Assembly (NCBI GenBank): GCA_942492735.1
Contig: OW818648.1
Span: 3,891,845 to 3,923,844 of the forward strand
Source of the DNA: an uncultured Eubacteriales bacterium
Lineage (GTDB): Bacteria; Bacillota; Clostridia; Oscillospirales; Oscillospiraceae
Direction of reading: 5' to 3'
DNA: 32,000 nucleotides
A program made the position numbers and the translations under genes. Shown one piece after another: positions 26,716 to 32,000 of this stretch. The notes beneath the pieces were generated by a model. It searched no databases. It was not told the origin of the DNA and saw nothing but the letters and a program-made list of their open reading frames with translations. Numbering within the stretch: the stretch's first letter is position 1; the number at the start of each line of letters is the position of its first letter.

Positions 26716-28116
26716 ATGTCAAAATTACTCTCCAAAATACAAGGATTCGTCAAAGCGAGACTCGGTACAAAAATATTAGTTTGCACTCTTTTTTCGGCTA
26801 TTGTTTTCGTTGCAGCGGTTATCTATGCCCTGCTTAGTCTCATGAATTTAAGGACAGACAATAATTCCGCCCTGATAACGACGACAATCATTGTCATCAG
26901 CGCTATTGCTCTCGTCGGCATTATTTTTGTTTTCTACTTCTCCCGGTACATGGGCAATTATCTCAAGGCTCCGCTGGAGGGTATGACGATCGGTCTTATC
27001 AAAATGGTAGAAGGCGACCTGTCCTATTTTGATAGTGACATGGTTATATCAGCCGATACGCATGACGAGATGATGCTCCATTGTCACACATTCATTAATC
27101 TGCTCAATGCCACGAGGGAAAAAGTCGCCGATACAAAGCAGCTGGCTTCGGGAGATCTGACAACGCAGGTGCATATCAGAAGTAAAAACGACCTCCTCGG
27201 CAATGCGCTGCAGGAGCTGGCCAGCAATACAAATCAAATTGTCAGCTCGATTTCGGTGACCGCCGAACAGGTTGCGTCGGGCGCAAACATGGTATCCGAT
27301 TCAAGCTTTGCACTGTCGCAAGGCGCTACGGCGCAGGCAAGCTCCGTACAGGAGCTGACAGCCTCGCTGACCGAGATGTCCTCGAAGACGAACATGAGCG
27401 CGCAGAACGCTGAAAAAGCGAGCGAGTTCGCTCAGAATGCCAAGAAAAACGCCGTCATCGGTAATGATCAGATGAAAGAAATGCTTGGCGCGATGGATCA
27501 AATCAACGATTCATCAAACAACATCAGTAAGATTATCAAAGTTATTGACGATATCGCGTTCCAGACGAATATCCTCGCCCTCAACGCCGCGGTTGAAGCG
27601 GCGCGCGCCGGACAGCATGGTAAGGGCTTTGCCGTCGTCGCCGAGGAAGTCCGCAATCTGGCGGCAAAATCGGCCAATGCCGCAAAAGAGACAACCGACA
27701 TGATCGAAGGTTCCATGAAAAAGGTTGAAGCGGGAACGAAGATCGCCAACAATACAGCATCTGCCCTCAATCAGATTGTTGAGCAGATTGAAAAATCCGC
27801 CAATCTTGTGCGGGAGATTTCAGTTTCTTCGAACGAGCAAGCATTGGCGATCAAGCAGATCAACCAAAGCATCGCCCTCGTCTCGGAGGTCGTGCAGACA
27901 AATGCCGCCACAGCTGAGGAAAGTGCCGCCGCGAGCGAGCAGCTCTCAGCGCAGGCCGCGCAGCTGAAGGAAGCAGTCAACGCCTTCACGATAACGAACA
28001 CAACCGCAGGTCTCAACGCCGCGCGGAACCAGGGCGCAAAAAAGCTGTCGGGCAGCACCTCTGCCGCCGCGAAATCAAGAATCTCACTCAGCGATGAAAG
28101 CTTCGGAAAATACTAA
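26716..28116 (+). CDS. Methyl-accepting chemotaxis protein
   Basis: It has two N-terminal TM helices and a HAMP-like segment. The highly conserved signalling hairpin is [40 protein letters not shown]. The start is placed at ATG 26716; the track ORF starts at 26698. Confidence 0.92.
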   Translation: MSKLLSKIQGFVKARLGTKILVCTLFSAIVFVAAVIYALLSLMNLRTDNNSALITTTIIVISAIALVGIIFVFYFSRYMGNYLKAPLEGMTIGLIKMVEGDLSYFDSDMVISADTHDEMMLHCHTFINLLNATREKVADTKQLASGDLTTQVHIRSKNDLLGNALQELASNTNQIVSSISVTAEQVASGANMVSDSSFALSQGATAQASSVQELTASLTEMSSKTNMSAQNAEKASEFAQNAKKNAVIGNDQMKEMLGAMDQINDSSNNISKIIKVIDDIAFQTNILALNAAVEAARAGQHGKGFAVVAEEVRNLAAKSANAAKETTDMIEGSMKKVEAGTKIANNTASALNQIVEQIEKSANLVREISVSSNEQALAIKQINQSIALVSEVVQTNAATAEESAAASEQLSAQAAQLKEAVNAFTITNTTAGLNAARNQGAKKLSGSTSAAAKSRISLSDESFGKY

Positions 28117-28158
28117 GTCATTCTAATATTCGATTAAGATAACGACATTGTCCGCGCT

Positions 28159-28224
28159 GTCATTCCCGCGCAGGCGGGAATCCACGTGCCTGGGAGACTG
28201 GATTCCCGCCTACGCGGGAATGAC
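28159..28224. repeat. Inverted pair of 25-nt hairpin units (GTCATTCCCGCGCAGGCGGGAATCC and its near-perfect reverse complement) separated by 16 nt
   Basis: The left unit is 28159..28183 and the right unit 28200..28224, matching at 24 of 25 positions. Each unit is itself a hairpin, ATTCCCGC-N4-GCGGGAAT. The element lies in the intergenic region between convergent genes. Confidence 0.9.
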
Positions 28225-28254
28225 AAGTAACGCAGGATACAAGTAACGCGGGAT
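28223..28254. repeat. Two tandem 16-nt direct repeats (ACAAGTAACGC[A/G]GGAT) abutting the hairpin pair
   Basis: The copies are 28223..28238 and 28239..28254, identical at 15 of 16 positions. Confidence 0.9.
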
Positions 28255-28307
28255 ATGCTGATATCTCATTGTGTTTATGGAAGAACAGTATTAAACAATG
28301 TAAAATA

Positions 28308-28344
28308 GAACAAACGACCCGATATTGGGTCGTTTGTTTTATTA
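28308..28344. terminator. Bidirectional Rho-independent terminator
   Basis: GAACAAACGACCC-gatatt-GGGTCGTTTGTT, flanked by an A-run upstream and TTTATT downstream. It lies 17 nt beyond the stop of the minus-strand kinase. Confidence 0.7.
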
Positions 28345-28360
28345 AGATTTGCTTTCACGC

Positions 28361-29659
28361 TTATGATACCAATTGCTGGGTACGCTGTTCAAACGGGATA
28401 TTAATGTGGATAGAGACAGTAAAATATGTATCCGTGGAATGGACGGCCATCGTCCCCTTATATTTATCGATGCATCGTTTGACGTTCTTGAGGCCAAAGC
28501 CGTGCTGCTTCGAGTCCTTGACATTGGAATCCAAATCCGGCTTATACGGGTTTCTGATTTCGTAATAAAGCATGGAGCCTTTTTGGATCAGCTGTACCGA
28601 AATTGTCGGCTTCTCTTCCTCGACGTCCATGCAGGCCTCGATGGCGTTGTCAAATGTATTGCCGATAATAACGCTCAGGTCCGCCGCGGAAATATTAAGA
28701 TCCGGTTGGACTCTGATATCGAGCTCCGTGTTTATAAACAGTCTCTGGGCTTTTTGAACACTATGGTTCAGGACGGCACCGATGACCGTATTCCCAACAT
28801 CGACGACGTTTCCGATGCCGGCAAACAGATCGGCGACCTGATCGATGCATTCTCTGGCATGCGGGATGTCTTCCATTTTCATCAGTTCATTCATGGTGTT
28901 TAAGTACTTTTTTATATCGTGCCATAGCGCTCTCGTCTCATCTTGTTCGTCTTTGATTTGATTGAAATACTCTACCTTCAGCTGGTATTGCAGGTCGGCT
29001 AATTCATTCTGCCGTTTTATTTCATTGACTTCCTTGATTCTTTCGATATACAGAAAGATAATGATATTAATGTAAAGAATACCGACGGCACCGATGACAA
29101 AGCTCAGCGTGATTTGCGTCTGTGAATCATATGATCCCAGATACATAAGATAGCAGATAAAAACGCTTAAAACCTGACACAGCAGAAGCGGAAGCGCCCC
29201 AATGAGCGAATCATGTGTTTTTCTCCATTTTGATATTCTGATAACAAAAAAAACAAAAAAGAACTGTATAAGCTTCGCCAGGACGATATATAATACTCTG
29301 CTGTTTCCGTTTATCTCCAGTTCCTCACTGGGGATTCCGAAGAACATAAATATGCTGGAAATGGTATAGTCAACGGTGATATTAATGACGCACAAAAGCA
29401 TTGCGCTATAAAAAGCACTCATCCATTTCGCATTGAACAATACTGCGGACAGCACAAAAAACGAAACGAACGCGTAGCTTATCCGTATGAATGGGAAAAC
29501 GGGCTGGACGCTGAGCCCGCACAGGATGATTCCGGTGATGATATAGCTGACACAGACAAACATTGTACTCTTGGCATAGTTTTGATATAAGCCTCTTAGG
29601 TATATACTCAGAACAAGCATTTCAAGGACTGCCGTTGCGAGTTCAACCGCTATGTACAC
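28361..29659 (-). CDS. AgrC-like (HPK10 / GHKL) membrane sensor histidine kinase
   Basis: The N-terminal half has about 6-7 TM helices. The H-box is ALWHDIKKYL, the N-box IIGNTFDNAIEA and the G-box HGFGLKNVKRCI. The GTG start at 29659 lies 8 nt after GAGGAGG. Confidence 0.85.
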   Translation of the reverse strand: MYIAVELATAVLEMLVLSIYLRGLYQNYAKSTMFVCVSYIITGIILCGLSVQPVFPFIRISYAFVSFFVLSAVLFNAKWMSAFYSAMLLCVINITVDYTISSIFMFFGIPSEELEINGNSRVLYIVLAKLIQFFFVFFVIRISKWRKTHDSLIGALPLLLCQVLSVFICYLMYLGSYDSQTQITLSFVIGAVGILYINIIIFLYIERIKEVNEIKRQNELADLQYQLKVEYFNQIKDEQDETRALWHDIKKYLNTMNELMKMEDIPHARECIDQVADLFAGIGNVVDVGNTVIGAVLNHSVQKAQRLFINTELDIRVQPDLNISAADLSVIIGNTFDNAIEACMDVEEEKPTISVQLIQKGSMLYYEIRNPYKPDLDSNVKDSKQHGFGLKNVKRCIDKYKGTMAVHSTDTYFTVSIHINIPFEQRTQQLVS

Positions 29660-29664
29660 GCACG

Positions 29665-30345
29665 CTACCTCCTCAAGTATTGATGTAAAGCTCTGAATAC
29701 GTCATCTTTCCTTTTTCGGCTGATGCTGATAATGCGTTTGTCTCTCATGACGAATTCTGTCTGCGACGCGTTGATGACGTGCTCCAGATTTACAAGAAAG
29801 CTGTTGTGCGGCCGGATGAAATTGCCGCCGCTGAGCGTCTCCTCGATGTTCTTCAGCGAATCCCTGCAATCATATACATTGCTATGCGCACAAATCCTGA
29901 CGTTATGGTCAAATACCTCAAAATAATAGATATCCCGTGTGGATATCATCTGGCTTCTCCCGTTCACATCGATGAGAATCTTTTTCGGTACGACCCGCTC
30001 CAGTGCGTCGTTTAAGGTTTTTTCAATCTGTTCGTATGATGCCGGTTTGATGAGATATCGGAAGGCCACCTCATAGCCTTGTATCGTGTATTTACTGCTG
30101 TTCGTGACAAAGATGATGAGCGGCTTATCATCATGCTGCGTCAGCTGTTTCGCCGCTTCGAAACCATTCATCGGCTTCATCTCAATGTCAAGAAACATCA
30201 GGTCGTAATTCTCTTTTTTATGCGCGCTCAGTACGTCAACCGCGGAATGAAAGACGTCACAGGACAACCCCGCATCATACCTGCCGATGAATTCCTGTAT
30301 GATTGCAAGATCTTTTTTGTCGTCATCACAAATTGCAATTCTCAT
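29665..30345 (-). CDS. LytTR/AgrA-family response regulator
   Basis: The receiver domain has MRIAICDDD ... LMFLDIEMKPMNG. The C-terminal LytTR domain has YYFEVFDHNVRICAHSNVY ... FIRPHNSFLVNLEHV. ATG 30345 is preferred; the track ORF starts at GTG 30354. Confidence 0.9.
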   Translation of the reverse strand: MRIAICDDDKKDLAIIQEFIGRYDAGLSCDVFHSAVDVLSAHKKENYDLMFLDIEMKPMNGFEAAKQLTQHDDKPLIIFVTNSSKYTIQGYEVAFRYLIKPASYEQIEKTLNDALERVVPKKILIDVNGRSQMISTRDIYYFEVFDHNVRICAHSNVYDCRDSLKNIEETLSGGNFIRPHNSFLVNLEHVINASQTEFVMRDKRIISISRKRKDDVFRALHQYLRR

Positions 30346-30414
30346 TTCATTCACCCATCTTACCGCTATCTTTCCTTAATGTAACATATTTTACTAAAAT
30401 AATCTATATCATGC

Positions 30415-30443
30415 ACGTTACGCTGCAATTCTTGTAAGTTACG
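30415..30443 (+). promoter_or_regulatory. Pair of direct repeats with 21-bp phasing (ACGTTACG / AAGTTACG): candidate LytTR-regulator binding site
   Basis: The repeats are at 30415..30422 and 30436..30443. They resemble the LytTR consensus [TA][AC][CA]GTTN[AG][TG], arranged as two roughly 9-bp repeats with a 12-13 bp spacer. They lie in the intergenic region directly upstream of the LytTR regulator gene. Confidence 0.45.
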
Positions 30444-30570
30444 TCAAAACTATTGCAATATTTTATAGCATGTTTTATCTTTGAATAGACCTTTTAGTAG
30501 GGCTTATAAAAACTCCCTCATTTTCTTTTTCGCCTCCCTTTAACTCGCTTCTACTCTTTTTCTCATACCT

Positions 30571-30616
30571 AATAAGGAGTGCGTTTCCGTGATAGGAAAC
30601 GCACTCCTTATTTTAT
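30571..30616. terminator. Bidirectional terminator hairpin with an 18-bp stem
   Basis: AATAAGGAGTGCGTTTCC-gtgata-GGAAACGCACTCCTTATT. The T-tail is better on the plus strand (TTATTTTATTG). Confidence 0.7.
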
Positions 30617-30656
30617 TGACCGATGACGGACTCCCTTCGCCGCATGCGTGCGTTCG

Positions 30657-30965
30657 CTACGGCGATGCTGTACCCTTTTTATTCTTCAAAACATATTTGC
30701 CGTGTATGATTATTTGCCACGATAATATTGCTTGTACGAACCATGCTATAGCAAATATCAAGACACAGGTCAGAAACGGTGTAAATTGCAAAAGACCAAC
30801 GAGAACGGTAGCACCTGGTCCAATGGCACACGAAAATATTAGCAAAATTCTCCAATACCATTTGAGATGAATACTGCAGCCGCAAAGGTCACATGTTTTT
30901 GTTCCAAACGGTAACTCAATGAGATACGAACTGAGCGTCATTATGTATTGATGCTGACAGCCCAA
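30657..30965 (-). CDS. Small membrane protein (102 aa) with an N-terminal Cys motif and two TM helices
   Basis: GGGGGTGA lies 4 nt before TTG 30965. The N-terminus is MGCQHQY ... TKTCDLCGCS, followed by two hydrophobic helices and a basic tail. It loosely resembles the zinc-ribbon membrane proteins of the CxxC-x20-CxxC type, but the first CxxC is not intact. Confidence 0.6.
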   Translation of the reverse strand: MGCQHQYIMTLSSYLIELPFGTKTCDLCGCSIHLKWYWRILLIFSCAIGPGATVLVGLLQFTPFLTCVLIFAIAWFVQAILSWQIIIHGKYVLKNKKGTASP

Positions 30966-30988
30966 AACATCACCCCCGTTCCTGTCAT

Positions 30989-31018
30989 ATTATACCATAT
31001 GCAAGAGGCGAGGGTCAA
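30989..31018 (-). promoter_or_regulatory. Promoter TTGACC-18-TGgTATAAT for the small membrane protein
   Basis: On the minus strand, -35 is at 31018..31013 and -10 TATAAT at 30994..30989, with a TG extension. Confidence 0.55.
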
Positions 31019-31041
31019 TGTACCAAGAGCCGTTGTTTTGA

Positions 31042-31069
31042 TTGACAAATGCCCAAATACTGCTATACT
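31042..31069 (+). promoter_or_regulatory. Promoter TTGACA-16-TATACT (TGc-extended), divergent from the previous one
   Basis: -35 is at 31042..31047 and -10 at 31064..31069. It is followed by a roughly 300-nt leader before the ABC ATPase start. Confidence 0.55.
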
Positions 31070-31240
31070 GAATCCATAATTTTGAAAGTCGAGGTGTTTT
31101 TGTGTCGGTTCTGTCTGTTTTGGTGAATGTCAACTAAATAAAGTTGCAAAAGGTGACGGTAACGGGGTTTGACCCGTTGTTTTGTCGTCTTTTGAAAGAC
31201 ACGGCCTGACAGACTGCTTCAATTTTTCGATACATGAGGC

Positions 31241-31268
31241 GCGAGCAAGCTTTGCTCGCTGTTTTTAT
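31241..31268 (+). terminator. Intrinsic terminator/attenuator inside the leader
   Basis: GCGAGCAA-gct-TTGCTCGC, followed by TGTTTTTAT, about 110 nt upstream of the ABC ATPase start codon. Confidence 0.5.
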
Positions 31269-31377
31269 ATGTTGAATAGTTGTTCGCGAGAACAACTTGT
31301 GCCCGCGGGAGCAATCTGCATCTTTACAGGTGTGGTGTGTCTTTTGCGGGTTATTCTATTTTAAAGGAGATACGACA

Positions 31378-32000
31378 TTGAGCATCATACAAACAAAGAA
31401 TTTGACTAAGGAATATACGCGTTTTGAAAAGGAAGCCGGCTTGACGGCCAGCATCAAGAGCCTGTTCAACCGGAAATATATCATAAAAACCGCTGTCTCT
31501 GATTTTGATCTGGCGATTGAGCCAGGCGAATTCGTCGGATTGATTGGCCCGAACGGCGCGGGAAAAACAACGCTTGTCAAAATGCTCACCGGTATTATCG
31601 CACCAAGCTCCGGCGAGATTTCCGTGCTGGGGTATTATCCGAACAAGCTGGAAAATGAATTTAAGAAGCAATACGCGGTCGTCATGGGGCAGAAAAGCCA
31701 GCTCATTTTCGACCTGACTCCCGCCGACACCTTTCTTCTGTTCAAAGAGATGTACGAGATACCGGACGCTGTTTATAAGCGCAATCTGGCGCTGTTCACC
31801 GAACTGTTTGACGCGAAGGCGTATCTGAATATGCAGGTCAGAACGCTGTCACTCGGCGAGCGTATGAAGATGGAGCTTGTAACGGCGCTCCTGCACGATC
31901 CCAAGGTGCTGTTTCTCGATGAGCCGACAATCGGGCTGGACGCGCCAGCCCAGAGGCAAATCCGCGCGTTTTTGAGAGAAGTCAACGACAGAAACGGCAC
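31378..32000 (+). CDS. ABC transporter ATP-binding protein, 5' part (runs off the right edge; absent from the ORF track)
   Basis: AAAGGAGA lies 7 nt before TTG 31378. My translation gives LSIIQTKNLTKEY ... Walker A GPNGAGKTT, Q-loop MGQKSQ, signature LSLGERMK and Walker B LFLDEPTIGLD. The frame is open to position 32000. Confidence 0.88.
   Translation, partial: MSIIQTKNLTKEYTRFEKEAGLTASIKSLFNRKYIIKTAVSDFDLAIEPGEFVGLIGPNGAGKTTLVKMLTGIIAPSSGEISVLGYYPNKLENEFKKQYAVVMGQKSQLIFDLTPADTFLLFKEMYEIPDAVYKRNLALFTELFDAKAYLNMQVRTLSLGERMKMELVTALLHDPKVLFLDEPTIGLDAPAQRQIRAFLREVNDRNG

Noticed and set aside
26571-26837. 88-aa plus-strand ORF
   Set aside because: It starts inside the opp terminator hairpin and overlaps the MCP gene start in another frame. 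It has no ribosome-binding site.
28223-28254. Whether the AAGTAACGC direct repeats (GCGTTACTT on the minus strand) are a second LytTR binding site
   Set aside because: They share the CGTTAC core with the repeats at 30415..30443. However, their spacing is 16 bp, not about 21 bp, and they lie downstream of the kinase with no gene to regulate. They are more simply part of the composite repeat element.
30355-30656. Searched for an AgrD-like autoinducer precursor or bacteriocin-type small gene
   Set aside because: Only mini-ORFs of 5-20 codons exist on either strand. None combines a ribosome-binding site with a plausible leader/core peptide architecture. I therefore call no peptide gene and report the region only as a hypothesis for a regulated transcript.
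30589-30870. 93-aa plus-strand ORF starting with GTG
   Set aside because: The start codon lies in the loop of the 18-bp terminator hairpin. The ORF is antisense to the better-supported small membrane protein gene.
31351-32000. Track ORFs on the minus strand (31351..31671, 31356..31589, 31773..32000)
   Set aside because: The plus strand here encodes an ABC ATPase with Walker A, Q-loop, signature and Walker B motifs in order, plus a good ribosome-binding site. The minus-strand ORFs are antisense artefacts. The real gene is missing from the track only because it has no stop inside the window.
1-32000. Looked for prophage, integrase, transposase, IS ends, tRNA/rRNA genes or known defence-system genes
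   Set aside because: No ORF shows recombinase, transposase, nuclease-helicase defence, Cas or restriction-modification motifs. No tRNA-like cloverleaf or rRNA segment was recognisable. The only mobile-type signatures are the toxin-antitoxin pair and the hairpin repeat element.

Overview
This 32 kb window looks like a chromosomal segment of a Bacillota (Clostridia-like) genome. That assignment is an inference from GGAGG-type ribosome-binding sites, lipobox lipoproteins and gene content. All calls were made by eye from the sequence and ORF track, with no database search, so family names are motif-level calls and start codons are best guesses. I see no rRNA, tRNA, CRISPR array, transposase or integrase.

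Gene content, left to right:
- A reverse-strand operon (361..5027): OmpR-type response regulator, histidine kinase, secreted alpha/beta hydrolase, flavodoxin-like lipoprotein and a His-rich DUF4405-like membrane protein.
- An exported DUF362-like lipoprotein with a permease, then an esterase lipoprotein.
- An aldo/keto reductase (Fe-S type) plus cytoplasmic flavodoxin operon behind a MerR-type promoter with a 19-bp spacer. A near-identical divergent copy of that promoter drives a truncated aldo/keto reductase remnant.
- An MBL-fold hydrolase and a ketopantoate-reductase-like gene.
- A Gp49/HigB-like toxin with an XRE antitoxin, then MmcQ/YjbR and an ArsC/Spx-family gene.
- recQ followed by a DnaQ-like 3'-5' exonuclease.
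- A secreted ferritin-like DUF2202 protein, an isochorismatase-family hydrolase and pyruvate kinase.
- A five-gene Opp/Dpp-type peptide ABC importer in the order B-C-D-F-A, then a methyl-accepting chemotaxis protein.
- A visibly AT-richer block with an AgrC/AgrA-like pair (HPK10 kinase and LytTR regulator) but no agrB/agrD, and a small Cys-motif membrane protein.
- A strong promoter with a roughly 300-nt structured leader in front of an ABC ATPase that runs off the right edge. This ATPase is absent from the ORF track.

Most interesting for follow-up:
- The two-component-system-linked exported flavodoxin plus DUF4405 module.
- The orphan Agr-like module with 21-bp-phased LytTR-type repeats.
- A REP/dRS3-like double-hairpin repeat element at 28159..28254.
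- The twin orphan MerR-type operators.
- The leader and attenuator region upstream of the ABC ATPase.
- In-frame tandem repeats inside recQ and inside the DUF362 lipoprotein.
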